A stretch of DNA of 56,793 nt from a virus (lineage: Duplodnaviria; Caudoviricetes). Positions 44,562 through 54,434 of the stretch are shown here, one piece after another. The notes below the pieces were generated by a model. The model made no database searches, had not been told where the DNA came from, and saw only the letters and a list, made by a program, of their open reading frames with translations. Where the stretch lies: IMG/VR virus record IMGVR_UViG_3300042509_002617, positions 1-56,793 of that record; one strand, written 5' to 3'. Both the position numbers and the translations under genes were made by a program. Numbering within the stretch: the first letter of the stretch is position 1; each line of letters begins with the position of its first letter.

Positions 44562-45104
44562 ATGCAAGTCACTCTCAATGGCCTGGACCGAGATATGAAG
44601 ACCTTCACCGAGGCTCTGCAGTTCTGGTCGGCCGAGACCCAGAAGCGGTTTCTGGTGGCCAACAAGCAGGCGGGGCAGTACTGGGTGGCCGAGGCGAAAA
44701 AGCGGGTGCCGGTCGATGAGGGGCGACTCAGGTCGTCGCTGCGGACCAACACCTACATCGACGGTGACGGGGTGATCGTCACCGAGGTCGGCAGCAACGT
44801 CGAGTACTCGAAACACCTCGAGTTCGGCACCAAGTGGATTGCCGGAGGGGCCGTGAAGGAACTCGGGCTGCGCCCCGACATCACGGACACCCAGGCGATC
44901 CACGATTGGCCAGCGAAGGACGCTGAGGCCACTGACGCCACATCCGCCATGATCGATTCGCGCGGGCGTCGACGAACAAAAGGCGGTCAGTTCGCGTCTG
45001 TGCAGGAACAGATGCCCTACCTGCGGCCCGCCTTCATGAAGATCCGGCAGTGGGTGATAGACCGATTCAACGCGGCGCTCGAGCCCCCGGACCCGAAGAA
45101 CTGA
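44562..45104 (+). CDS. HK97 gp10-like tail completion protein
   Basis: AK..VPVD.G.LR.S, VGSNVEY..HLEFGT, PYLRPAF. Confidence 0.85.
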   Translation: MQVTLNGLDRDMKTFTEALQFWSAETQKRFLVANKQAGQYWVAEAKKRVPVDEGRLRSSLRTNTYIDGDGVIVTEVGSNVEYSKHLEFGTKWIAGGAVKELGLRPDITDTQAIHDWPAKDAEATDATSAMIDSRGRRRTKGGQFASVQEQMPYLRPAFMKIRQWVIDRFNAALEPPDPKN

Positions 45105-45105
45105 C

Positions 45106-45549
45106 ATGCCACCCCAGAACCTCACCGAGATCTACCAGACCCTCCGCACGGCGATTGTCGGCAACGCGGGGGTGACGGCCCTGCTGTCGGCAGCGGATGC
45201 CGTGTATCAGGAGGGGGCTGCCGATGTGCGGATTGTGGCGCCGGCGATCATCATTCGGATCATGTCCGAGGGGCGGCAGATCCAGATTGATGGACAGGGC
45301 AAATTCCGGCCGGCGCTGCGGATCACCATCATGGCTCAGCAGACTGACCGGTGCCGTGCGATCGAAGCGGCGCTGCAGTCCGTCCTGGATATTCCCCGCA
45401 CGGTCTCCACCGCCCTGGTGGGGGCCACGATGCGGATCGAGAGCCTGATGCAGGTGGATGCCAACGAAGGGGCATCATTCCCCACCGCAGACCAGAGCCG
45501 GACATCGGTTCTGGAAACGGTCTGGAACTGTTCCGTTCGGGCGTTATGA
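45106..45549 (+). CDS. Tail terminator-like protein
   Basis: Position between gp10-like and tail tube genes. Confidence 0.55.
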   Translation: MPPQNLTEIYQTLRTAIVGNAGVTALLSAADAVYQEGAADVRIVAPAIIIRIMSEGRQIQIDGQGKFRPALRITIMAQQTDRCRAIEAALQSVLDIPRTVSTALVGATMRIESLMQVDANEGASFPTADQSRTSVLETVWNCSVRAL

Positions 45550-45622
45550 TCTGCCATCACTGTTTCGGCACTGTTGAAACACTGTCCCCCAGTTGTCCCA
45601 AAACGGGACAGGAGAACGAGCC

Positions 45623-46141
45623 ATGCCCAAAAGCGTCGACAACATCACCTCCGGCCCCGCCAAGATCCTGCTCGGGGCGACGGAAATTCCACACACCGAG
45701 AACGGGGTTGCGATCAAGGTGTCCCCCAAGAACCGCATGCGGATGGTCGACAAGTTCGGCGTCGGCAATGTGGCGGTGATCCACACCGGCGACGACGTTC
45801 GGGTGAACACCTCCATCGCGGAATGGGCGGCCGACTCGCTCTCAATCGTCTACAACCCCGGAAACAACGCCACCGCCGCGACAGGCTCGGGATCGGGGGT
45901 GCGGTACATCGGGATCGGTCGGTCTGCCGGGTACATCTACACCACGACCACGATGGATGTCGTGCCGTTCCTGACCGCGGACGCGGGGCGTGGGGCGTTC
46001 TTCGAAAAAGTGACCCCCATCGGGGAGTTCACCCTCGACCACAAGCCTGAGAACGACCGCATCTTCGCCTGCGAGTGGGTCGCACTGGTGAAAGAGAGCA
46101 ACACCGACGGCGAGCTGATCGGCAAGATCCGGCTGCCGTGA
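45623..46141 (+). CDS. Major tail (tube) protein
   Basis: NI..GPA......G.T..GV pattern; GGAG RBS; position. Confidence 0.7.
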   Translation: MPKSVDNITSGPAKILLGATEIPHTENGVAIKVSPKNRMRMVDKFGVGNVAVIHTGDDVRVNTSIAEWAADSLSIVYNPGNNATAATGSGSGVRYIGIGRSAGYIYTTTTMDVVPFLTADAGRGAFFEKVTPIGEFTLDHKPENDRIFACEWVALVKESNTDGELIGKIRLP

Positions 46142-46174
46142 TTCGCCTGACCTGAACCTTCCCGGGAGTCGCAC

Positions 46175-46513
46175 ATGAATCGATCGAGTGTTTGGGCGGG
46201 ACGCCTCTTCGCCGAGCTGGGGACCCTCGACGACATCCTCACCGTGGGGGTGACGGACCGGGCCCGGCTGCTCTACGCCGAACTGAGCCGAGAGCACGGC
46301 GGCAAGCCTGACGACTCTGTGCGGCTCCCCTGGAATGCGTTGTGTCTGGCCATCGACCGGCAGGACTCGGAGGAGGCCGTCGCGGCTGGCGAAACGCTGC
46401 TGGCTGCCCTGGAGGCTGAGTTCGATCTGCATCCCGCGCCGGCCGTGGTCACCGAGGGAGCGATTCCCGACGGTGTTGCGGCGTCTGACGCTGTGTCCGT
46501 TTTGCGAGAGTGA
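46175..46513 (+). CDS. Hypothetical protein
   Basis: GGAG RBS. Confidence 0.5.
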   Translation: MNRSSVWAGRLFAELGTLDDILTVGVTDRARLLYAELSREHGGKPDDSVRLPWNALCLAIDRQDSEEAVAAGETLLAALEAEFDLHPAPAVVTEGAIPDGVAASDAVSVLRE

Positions 46514-46519
46514 GGAGCA

Positions 46520-46987
46520 ATGAGTTCGGAGCGAGAGCGAATCGTGGAAACTTCCGCCGGATCGGTCCTGGTCCGGCGGATTTCGTGGGCGGGCTGGAAG
46601 ATCGTGAAATCGCAGGTGCTGCGGTTTCTCGAATCCCGTCTGGCGGAGCTGATCAAGAACGCCAGCCTGCCTGGTGGGGAGTCCCCCGTGCAGCTCGGTT
46701 GGAAGCTCGTGCCAGAGCTGGCCCGCATGGTCGCGGAGGAGTCGGACCAGTGGGCGGGCGAGTTCGTGAAAGCGTGCGGGGTGTCGGCCGAGATCATCGA
46801 CAAACTCGACGCGATTGACATGGTCCGGTTGCGGGATGCAGCCGTCGCGGTGTCGGAGTTCCAGACGCTGGTGGAAGCCGAAAAAAACTTGCTGGCCCAA
46901 CTGGTCCTGAAAACTCTCGGGGCGGTTGGGATGCCACTCCCACAATTGCCGAGTCTCTCCCCCACACCGGGTGGGAGTCCCTCCTGA
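46520..46987 (+). CDS. Tail assembly chaperone (gpG-like)
   Basis: EKN slippery codons near the C-terminus; position. Confidence 0.7.
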   Translation: MSSERERIVETSAGSVLVRRISWAGWKIVKSQVLRFLESRLAELIKNASLPGGESPVQLGWKLVPELARMVAEESDQWAGEFVKACGVSAEIIDKLDAIDMVRLRDAAVAVSEFQTLVEAEKNLLAQLVLKTLGAVGMPLPQLPSLSPTPGGSPS

Positions 46988-47388
46988 TTCAGGCGGGTTG
47001 GCAGCGGAGCGAGATTCTCGCCACCCCTGCCGACGAGGTTCTGGCCCACATCATCCACTCCCGGAGAGCTCTCAGTGAAACCCGCCTGTTTGCCCTCCAT
47101 GCGGCGGCCTACCCGGACCTCGACCCGACGGCCCAGAGACGGCTTTACGCCGCCACGCAGGCGATTGCCGACATTGGCCGTCCCCGCCTCAGCGCCTACG
47201 AGCGGGTCACCGACTCGGAAAGGATCCTCATGATCGGTGGCGATGCCAACGCGGCTCCCGAGGCGTTCGCAAGTGCTCACCCGGAGCAGATCCGCTGGCT
47301 GCACACCCAGGGGCTGACCATCGACGAAGCCAAGCAGCGGTCGGCCGCGTGGCTGGCGGAGCAACTCAAGACCATTCGCGAGCTGTAA
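46882..47388 (+). CDS. -1 frameshift extension (gpGT-like) of the tail assembly chaperone
   Basis: A_AAA_AAC at 46882-46888; -1 frame open to TAA 47388 with no nearby start codon. Confidence 0.75.
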   Translation, partial: KKLAGPTGPENSRGGWDATPTIAESLPHTGWESLLIQAGWQRSEILATPADEVLAHIIHSRRALSETRLFALHAAAYPDLDPTAQRRLYAATQAIADIGRPRLSAYERVTDSERILMIGGDANAAPEAFASAHPEQIRWLHTQGLTIDEAKQRSAAWLAEQLKTIREL

Positions 47389-47391
47389 CCC

Positions 47392-47781
47392 ATGCCAGGC
47401 ACCTCGACAGTCAGCTTCCAGATCGGTGGGACCACGGTCACGGTCAATGGCCCGCCTGGTCCGACCGATGTGTCCGCGTTGCCGCAGCACACGGTGGACC
47501 GCGCCGCGGATCACACGCTCTGGTCGTACCAGCACACCACCACCAAGCTCTGGCTGTGGACAATCGGCTTGCGTGACCTGACCGCGGCCCAGAAGTCAGC
47601 CCTCGAGAACTTTTTCCTCGATACGGCGGTCGGGCCGAAGAACCCGTTCACGTACACCCACACCGACGGGACGGCTTACGCAAACTGCCGATTCGTGCAG
47701 CCTCAACTGCAGTTTCAGCGGGTCAATGAGGCGGTTTGGGATGTGCAGATCCAGATTCAATCCCCGACGCAGGTGGCGTGA
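47392..47781 (+). CDS. Distal tail (Dit/gpM-like) protein
   Basis: L...Q..AL..FF....G..NPF.Y......CRF pattern. Confidence 0.55.
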   Translation: MPGTSTVSFQIGGTTVTVNGPPGPTDVSALPQHTVDRAADHTLWSYQHTTTKLWLWTIGLRDLTAAQKSALENFFLDTAVGPKNPFTYTHTDGTAYANCRFVQPQLQFQRVNEAVWDVQIQIQSPTQVA

Positions 47782-50651
47782 TGGGCCAGACGATTCATGA
47801 GCTTCGCGGCGTCATCGGGGGCGACGCCTCCGGGTGGCTGCGTGCGGTCAAGCAGTCGATCAACGCGGGGCAGGATTTCCTATCGTCGTGGGGTCGGGCG
47901 GCGTCCGAGGTGGTCAGCCTTTCGACGAAAGTCGCGGTCGGGGTCACCGGGATGGCGACGGCGATCGGCACGGCCGTCGCGGTCACCGGCACCAAGTTCA
48001 ACGCGCTGCAGCAGAACGCCACGATCGCATTCTCGACACTGCTGCGCGACGGGACGAAGGCCAAGGCGTTCCTGCAAGAGCTGCAGAAGTTTGCAGCGGA
48101 AACCCCCTTCTCGTTCGGCGGGCTGATCAAGAACTCTCAGTTCCTGCTCGCGACTGGCACCAGCCTGGCGGAGATCATCCCCACCCTGCGGGTTCTCGGC
48201 GACACGATGGCGGGGTTGGGGAAGGGCGAGGAGGAGCTGAAGCTCGTCGCCACGGCCCTGTCGCAGATCCGGGGGAGTGCCCAGCTCTCCGCGGCGGACA
48301 TGGCCCAGCTGACCAATCAGGGGATCCCCGCCTGGAAGATGCTGGCCGACGCGATCGGGAAGACCGTTGGCGAGACTCGCAAGCTGTCGGAGCAGGGAGC
48401 GTTCGGCGGGGAGCAGGCGTTCCAGATCCTCATGCAGGGGATGCAGCAGCGATTTGGCGGCGGCATGGCGGCGGCTGGGGGCTCGTTCGACCAGCTGCTC
48501 TCCAACCTGAAAGACACGTTCGACATCCGGGCAGCGGAGGTCACCAAGCCGCTGTTCGACGCTCTGATCCGGGTGTTCCAGCAGTTCTCCGAGTTTCTCG
48601 GCTCGCCCCAGTTCTCGGGGGTCATTCAAGAGCTGACGGGGCAGTTTGCTCGGGCTGGGTCCGCGATCGAGCGATGGCTCGGGGGCAACCGGCAGCAGAT
48701 CGTGGAGGGGCTGACGTCGGCTCTGCGGGGGATGGCCGAGGGGGTGACCAACCTCATCCAGTACGTGCAGGAGGCCGGGCCCAGCATGGTGCGCTTCGCC
48801 CAGGTGCTGGCGGATGTGGCGGGGGCGGTCGGTCGGTTCGCCAGCAAACACCCCGAGGTGTTGGCGGCCCTGCTGCTATTTCAGGGGGCCTCGATGCTCG
48901 GCGTGGTCTCGACGCTGGGATCTCTCGGAAATGCTCTGGTCTCGACCATCAGCCTGTTTGTGAAACTGGTCCCGGCCATTGCGGGGGCGAGCACGGCCAC
49001 CGCCTCATTCACCGCACTGCTGGGGCCTGGTATTGCTCTGGCGATTGCCGGGGGGTTCTTCGCGATCCTGATCAACGCGGCGAGAGAACTCCGGGCTGAG
49101 TTCGACGAGTTCATCAAGAGCACCGAGAAGGTCCGCAATCTGGGGCTGGAGGGCGTGCGGGCGGGGATGGATCGGTCCGGCGGTATTCAGGACCCTCAAG
49201 CACGGCGGAACGCTCTGCGGGTCGATCTGGAGGCTGCCAAGCAGGAGTTGGAAAACGCCCAACGGGACATGGAGGCGAGGCGACTGGAGCGGGAGAAGAT
49301 TGGCCGGGACATGTCGGTCGGCGACAAGATCTCGGCGTTCCTGCCGGAATCGATCGGTGGGTTCGATGCCAGGACCGAGGCGGGCAAGGAGGCGGAGCGG
49401 GCCCAGGCACGCTGGGAACGAGCGTCCGCAGTCATCAGTGAGATCGAGGCGAAGATCAAGGAGACCGAGGCCCAGATCAAATCCGGGGTGGCCGGCGCCG
49501 GGGCCATGGGTGGCGGGGCGGCAATGCCTCCCGACGTGGCCGCGACCGGCCCGATCCAGAAGCAGGCGGTCGACGCTGTCAAGGCCTGGAACGACATGGT
49601 CGGCGACGTGACCACCAAGATGGAGTCGATGGCGATGAAGCTGGCCGACATGGGCCTGTACATGGACCCCATGCAGATCCAGATGGTCGCCGACTCGATG
49701 CAGCGGCTGGGGGATGCGTTCCTCAACGGCGAGATCACCGAGGCCCAGTTCAACCAGCTCACCAGCGGGCTCCAGCGGGTGGCCGATCAGGCGGGCAACT
49801 TCTCGGAGAGGATCCAGACGGCGGCGGAGAACGGAAAGATCTCTGCCGACCAGCTCGGGGTGCTGAACACTTCGCTCTCGCAGTTGCTCGGCCAGTACCA
49901 GCAGGGGGCGATCACATCCGATGGGTTTGCCCGTGGGCTGCAGCAACTCAACGCCCAGATGGAGGCGGGGGCCGCACAGGCGGAGCGGGAAGCCGCGGCG
50001 AAAGAGCGGGCGCGGCTGATGTCCGGGCAGTTCACCCAGGATGAGTTCCGCACGGCGTTCGAGGACAAGCTCATCGCGTTCCAGCGGGCGCGCATGCAGC
50101 AGATGGTCGACATGCAGTTCCTGCAGTGGCAGCGAATGAACGGCTTTATGACCGACACGGGCAACAACTTCGGCCGCCTCAACGGCATGATGGGCGGTTT
50201 CGGGACTCAGGTGCAGCGGGCGACCGGATTCCTGCGGGGAATGGGTGGCGACGGGGCCAACGCGATCAACTGGAACCAGATCGCGGGGGCGTTCAACAGC
50301 CCCCAGGCCCAGCGGGACATGCTGTTCAACGAACTGCAGATGCTCTTGCAGTACTTCCGGCCGAACACCAGCCCCTACTCGATGGGGTTGGATCCAGAGC
50401 GGGCGGCCCGATATCAGGGACGCATCGACGAGATCCAGTCCATCCTCAACGCCCCTCCCCCGCCCCCGATGTTCACGGGCATCAGCGGTGACCAGATCAT
50501 CGGCGACCCGGGGTTGCAGTCGCAATCGGCCCGCGCGGGGGGCTCCATCAACGTGAACCTGCCCAACATCTCGCGGATCACCAACAGCGACATCCGGCAG
50601 ATCACCGACGCCCTCACGAACGAACTGGCCCGCCAAGGGAGACGGCTGTAA
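47781..50651 (+). CDS. Tape measure protein
   Basis: LQKFAAETPF, QL...GIP.W.MLA; long helical Ala/Gly-rich protein. Confidence 0.92.
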   Translation: MGQTIHELRGVIGGDASGWLRAVKQSINAGQDFLSSWGRAASEVVSLSTKVAVGVTGMATAIGTAVAVTGTKFNALQQNATIAFSTLLRDGTKAKAFLQELQKFAAETPFSFGGLIKNSQFLLATGTSLAEIIPTLRVLGDTMAGLGKGEEELKLVATALSQIRGSAQLSAADMAQLTNQGIPAWKMLADAIGKTVGETRKLSEQGAFGGEQAFQILMQGMQQRFGGGMAAAGGSFDQLLSNLKDTFDIRAAEVTKPLFDALIRVFQQFSEFLGSPQFSGVIQELTGQFARAGSAIERWLGGNRQQIVEGLTSALRGMAEGVTNLIQYVQEAGPSMVRFAQVLADVAGAVGRFASKHPEVLAALLLFQGASMLGVVSTLGSLGNALVSTISLFVKLVPAIAGASTATASFTALLGPGIALAIAGGFFAILINAARELRAEFDEFIKSTEKVRNLGLEGVRAGMDRSGGIQDPQARRNALRVDLEAAKQELENAQRDMEARRLEREKIGRDMSVGDKISAFLPESIGGFDARTEAGKEAERAQARWERASAVISEIEAKIKETEAQIKSGVAGAGAMGGGAAMPPDVAATGPIQKQAVDAVKAWNDMVGDVTTKMESMAMKLADMGLYMDPMQIQMVADSMQRLGDAFLNGEITEAQFNQLTSGLQRVADQAGNFSERIQTAAENGKISADQLGVLNTSLSQLLGQYQQGAITSDGFARGLQQLNAQMEAGAAQAEREAAAKERARLMSGQFTQDEFRTAFEDKLIAFQRARMQQMVDMQFLQWQRMNGFMTDTGNNFGRLNGMMGGFGTQVQRATGFLRGMGGDGANAINWNQIAGAFNSPQAQRDMLFNELQMLLQYFRPNTSPYSMGLDPERAARYQGRIDEIQSILNAPPPPPMFTGISGDQIIGDPGLQSQSARAGGSINVNLPNISRITNSDIRQITDALTNELARQGRRL

Positions 50652-53234
50652 ATGGCTCGGACACTGACGGCAGCCGCGACCACCCAGAAGGACCGCACGA
50701 ACGGGGCGCACCCGGTGTACGTGCTCCAGATCGACTGGGGCGGGGCCACCGGGACCAAGTACTACGCGGGCGAGGCGTTGACCATCGGCACCGGCGGCTC
50801 TGCCATCACCACCGAGGGCCGGGTGATGGACTGGGGGGCCATCCAGATCGGGGCCGACCCCGGGCGGGCTGGTGGACACGGGCAGGTCAATGTCACGCTG
50901 ACCGATGCCGACTTGGTGCTGAAACCGCTGATCGAGACGAAGCCCGGGCCGATCAACAAAAAGTGTTGGATCTGGCTGTACTTTCAGGGGACGACGTGGC
51001 CCACGGATCGCGTCGGCGTCTTCGGCGGTGTGATCGACGCCCCCAGCGAATGGGACGACTCGACCGCCCAATGGCGGCTGACCCTGCGGGGGCTGGAGGC
51101 CCTGTACAACCGGCAGATCGGGCGACTGATCGACCGCGATGTGTTCCCGGATGTGATCTGCGACGAATGCGAGGGGGAGATCATCCCCATCGTTTACGGG
51201 AACCCTGTCCGGAGGGTGCCAAGCTGCATCATCGAGCGGCCGGGCCAGTCGAACCTGCTGTCGTACTTCGGGCCGTTCGACGACTCGCTGTACATCGAGA
51301 ACACCGCAGCAGACGACCGGCATACCACGACCGGCACCAGAACACTCGTGATTGGCTACCCGGGAAACACGGTGCGCGTCACTGGGACATGGGACTCGGT
51401 CACACCCAACAAGTTCAACATCTCGACGCGGAACGATTGGCAGGCCAGCGGCACGATCTCCACGCTGCTGGGGGACGATGGGGTCTTGTACCTCATGATC
51501 CCGAAGGCGGACATCACGGCACCAGATGCCTCACGCTGCGGCTACCCGATCTCCCTATACGTGGGGGGCACGTGGTACATCTATGTCATCTCGTTCTGGA
51601 CGGTCCGCGGTGACGACATCGCGGTGCTGTGGCAGCAGGGGACCGGGGCCAATGTCGGGACCACGTACAGGATCGGCCGATATGCTGGCCAGATGCCCCA
51701 CTGGCAGGCCGGAACCCCGGTGTACGAGGTCGACACCTGGAAGTGGGCGGTCAACTTCCTGCCGTCGCAGTCCGTCGACCTGGTCGAGTGCAAGACGAAG
51801 TATCAGGTGCCAGGGGGAGGGACGGCGGAAGGGTACGTGCAGCTCGGCAGCACGTACTACTCGGTGAACCTCAACGACAAAGCGTACAACACGTCACTCG
51901 GCCGTCTGTCGACCGATCCGGGCATCACCACCATTACGATGACTGCCCCGCCGATTGATGCGGGGGTGGATGCCACGCGGCTGCTGGTGACACTCAAGGG
52001 GATCACCGACGACAACACCCCGACCGGCACAGTGCTGAATGATCCCGCCGACGTGATCAAAAACCTGCTGGGGAACTCGTTTCTCGGCAAGGTCCCCGCA
52101 GGAGAGATCGACTCCGCGAGCTTCACGGCGGCTGCCTCGGCGATCACGCAAAACCTCGAGCTGGCGATCACCAGTCAGCAGCGGTTGACCGACCTGTGCG
52201 GAGAGCTGGCGTTCCAAGCCGGGGCGGTGATGTTCTGGGACGGGGGGCAGGCCCGGATCAAGAAGCTGGCCCACACCCTCAGCTCCGGGGATTCGCAATA
52301 CACGTTCGACGTCTCGAAGTACGCGGCACGGACACTGCGAGTGCGAGAGCAGGGGCTGACCAACACCCCGACACAAGTCACCGGGAAGTTCCGCACCAGC
52401 CTGGTGGCGCCCGAGTCGAAGCTGGTCCGGCGGTGCGACGATGCCATCACGGAGTTCGGGTGGCGAGACAGAACGCTCGACATGTGGGCCCACCAAGACC
52501 CGGTCGACGTCGCGGCGATCATCGAGTTCTGGCTGAAGTTCGATCTGCAGATCAACCAGACCATCCAGTTCGATACGTTCCTGAACGGCGTCCACCTGCA
52601 GCCGGGCGACACGGTCACGATCAACGTGGTCCACGCCTCGGGGACACCGGTCAACAACGTGCTGGGCCGGGTGAAGTCGCTGCGGCATCAGCCGGGCAGC
52701 TCCCAGGGACGTGGGGACCGGATCCAAGTCGAGTGCGAGGTCAAGCTCTACGACTGGACGGTCACCGCGGTCACCCCGACGACACGCAACTGCAACCCCT
52801 CGACCGGGGTGCCGGACCAGCGGCTCGGCCCGGGGACGGCGGTCACCTCAGGGAGCGGGTGGGTCTACATCCCGGGGCGGGGGGCCGTTCCACTGCCGCA
52901 GTTCCGCAGTTCGGTCAGCTTCCCGGGGTCTGGGTCTGGCTCTGGCTCAGGGAGCGGGTCGGGGTCTGGTTCAGGCAGCGCCAGCGGCAGCGGGACCGGG
53001 TCGGGGTCGTCCGGCTCTGGTCTGGTCTACCCGTTTCTCGCCGGGGCCGGGACGGGCGTCTGGAGCAAGGGCACCACCCGGACGGTCAGCCCAATCAACA
53101 CCTCTGGTTCGGGTCTCGGTCTGGGATCGGTCGTTGCCTACAACGGCCACAAGAACGTCCCATCGTCTGGCACAGTGATCGTGTACCAGATCGCCGGGGG
53201 CGAGGTGGTTGCCATGGAATTCTCCTGCACGTGA
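50652..53234 (+). CDS. Tail tip / baseplate hub protein with C-terminal (GS)n tract
   Basis: IPIVYG, P.DVI..LL, LQPGD.V motifs; follows the TMP. Confidence 0.75.
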   Translation: MARTLTAAATTQKDRTNGAHPVYVLQIDWGGATGTKYYAGEALTIGTGGSAITTEGRVMDWGAIQIGADPGRAGGHGQVNVTLTDADLVLKPLIETKPGPINKKCWIWLYFQGTTWPTDRVGVFGGVIDAPSEWDDSTAQWRLTLRGLEALYNRQIGRLIDRDVFPDVICDECEGEIIPIVYGNPVRRVPSCIIERPGQSNLLSYFGPFDDSLYIENTAADDRHTTTGTRTLVIGYPGNTVRVTGTWDSVTPNKFNISTRNDWQASGTISTLLGDDGVLYLMIPKADITAPDASRCGYPISLYVGGTWYIYVISFWTVRGDDIAVLWQQGTGANVGTTYRIGRYAGQMPHWQAGTPVYEVDTWKWAVNFLPSQSVDLVECKTKYQVPGGGTAEGYVQLGSTYYSVNLNDKAYNTSLGRLSTDPGITTITMTAPPIDAGVDATRLLVTLKGITDDNTPTGTVLNDPADVIKNLLGNSFLGKVPAGEIDSASFTAAASAITQNLELAITSQQRLTDLCGELAFQAGAVMFWDGGQARIKKLAHTLSSGDSQYTFDVSKYAARTLRVREQGLTNTPTQVTGKFRTSLVAPESKLVRRCDDAITEFGWRDRTLDMWAHQDPVDVAAIIEFWLKFDLQINQTIQFDTFLNGVHLQPGDTVTINVVHASGTPVNNVLGRVKSLRHQPGSSQGRGDRIQVECEVKLYDWTVTAVTPTTRNCNPSTGVPDQRLGPGTAVTSGSGWVYIPGRGAVPLPQFRSSVSFPGSGSGSGSGSGSGSGSGSASGSGTGSGSSGSGLVYPFLAGAGTGVWSKGTTRTVSPINTSGSGLGLGSVVAYNGHKNVPSSGTVIVYQIAGGEVVAMEFSCT

Positions 53235-53244
53235 GACCGAGCCA

Positions 53245-54237
53245 ATGTGCCTGTGTTTTTACGCACTCAAGGGGACGCGGGAATCGTCGTCGCCAGATGC
53301 CCTGTGGGCCTACGATCCCGGAAAGGGCTCCACATCGAGCAGTCGTTGGGCACAACATGCGATCGGCCCTGCCCCGTCTGGGCAAAGCTGCATCGGGCTG
53401 CGCGATGTCAGCAATACTCTGGGGCGGGTGTTCGATCGCGACGGGTACATCACCAGCACTTTCTCGCTGACAAACTTGGCAACCGCCGATCCTGTGTCGG
53501 CGTGGAACGGTACGGACACCGCGTGGTTCCTGGCGACTGCCACCGGAGGCACGACCAACTGGTATGCGTTCAATCTGTCCGGCACACAGCTCAGCTCTTC
53601 CCGCTACGACTCAGGGTCACGGTTCCGGGCGGCGTGCAATTCGTCCGGCGACCTGATCGCCTACAACGCATCGACCTCGCCACAACGCATGGAGAGGCGG
53701 GCCCGCGGAGGCACGGTGTCGGCGTCCTCCTCCTCGGTGCCGAGTAGCGTGCTGTGCGTCGATGCGTCAGACAACATTTTGACGGCACAGGCATCGTCGC
53801 TGGTCAAATACAACGGATCATTCACACAACAGTGGTCAACGAGCTATTCGCAGTTTGGCGCATCGGTTTTGGCGGTTGTGGCCGACTCATCATCCAATGC
53901 GTATGTTCTGTATGCACAATCACCGCCGGGAACAGCGGTGAAGATCGAAAAGTACAACTCGTCTGGAACGTCTCAGTCCGTCACGACAATAACCACCTTC
54001 AACGGACTGTATGATCAATTTGTTGATTTTTGGTGCGATGGCACAAACCTGTACCTGGCGTTCTTCAGGAATGTTGGGTTGGGAACAATGGGCCTGACGG
54101 TCATCAAGTACAATGGATCGGTCTCAGAGGTGTGGGCCAGAAACCCGTGGTACGAAGACGGCACGGCCAATCGCACAGCAAAAAGCGTGCGTTCAGACGG
54201 CACGGTCTTGACGTTGGCCGGGGTTCGTGGTCAGTGA
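53245..54237 (+). CDS. Beta-propeller-like protein, candidate receptor-binding protein
   Basis: Repeated VD.S.N / KYN.SG...W blades; Ser/Thr-rich; AT-richer 3' part. Confidence 0.6.
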   Translation: MCLCFYALKGTRESSSPDALWAYDPGKGSTSSSRWAQHAIGPAPSGQSCIGLRDVSNTLGRVFDRDGYITSTFSLTNLATADPVSAWNGTDTAWFLATATGGTTNWYAFNLSGTQLSSSRYDSGSRFRAACNSSGDLIAYNASTSPQRMERRARGGTVSASSSSVPSSVLCVDASDNILTAQASSLVKYNGSFTQQWSTSYSQFGASVLAVVADSSSNAYVLYAQSPPGTAVKIEKYNSSGTSQSVTTITTFNGLYDQFVDFWCDGTNLYLAFFRNVGLGTMGLTVIKYNGSVSEVWARNPWYEDGTANRTAKSVRSDGTVLTLAGVRGQ

Positions 54238-54434
54238 TCGAAGACCCCCCCGTCGACTGCCTCCACCGCCTGGAACCGCGAGGCACCATCGAGTGCAGCT
54301 ACTGCGGCCTGCGCGGGCAGGAGGCCCCACTTTACGGGTGCAGCGTCTTCGGGCTCTGCACGGTTGGAAAACGGCACGCCAACGTGCGGGCCTGCATTGC
54401 GTGTGAACGTCGCGAGGAACCCCCGGATGCCTGA
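54234..54434 (+). CDS. Small Cys-rich protein
   Basis: C.HR...CSYC...C.VFG.CT...CIAC; GTGA-coupled. Confidence 0.55.
   Translation: MIEDPPVDCLHRLEPRGTIECSYCGLRGQEAPLYGCSVFGLCTVGKRHANVRACIACERREEPPDA

Noticed and set aside
49005-51323. Long antisense ORFs (for example 49005-51323, 32793-34994, 23106-24674, 38354-39886)
   Set aside because: Shadow frames of GC-rich genes that have clear motifs on the plus strand; they carry no motifs of their own.
50652-54237. Diversity-generating retroelement acting on tail genes
   Set aside because: No reverse transcriptase and no TR/VR pair were seen.
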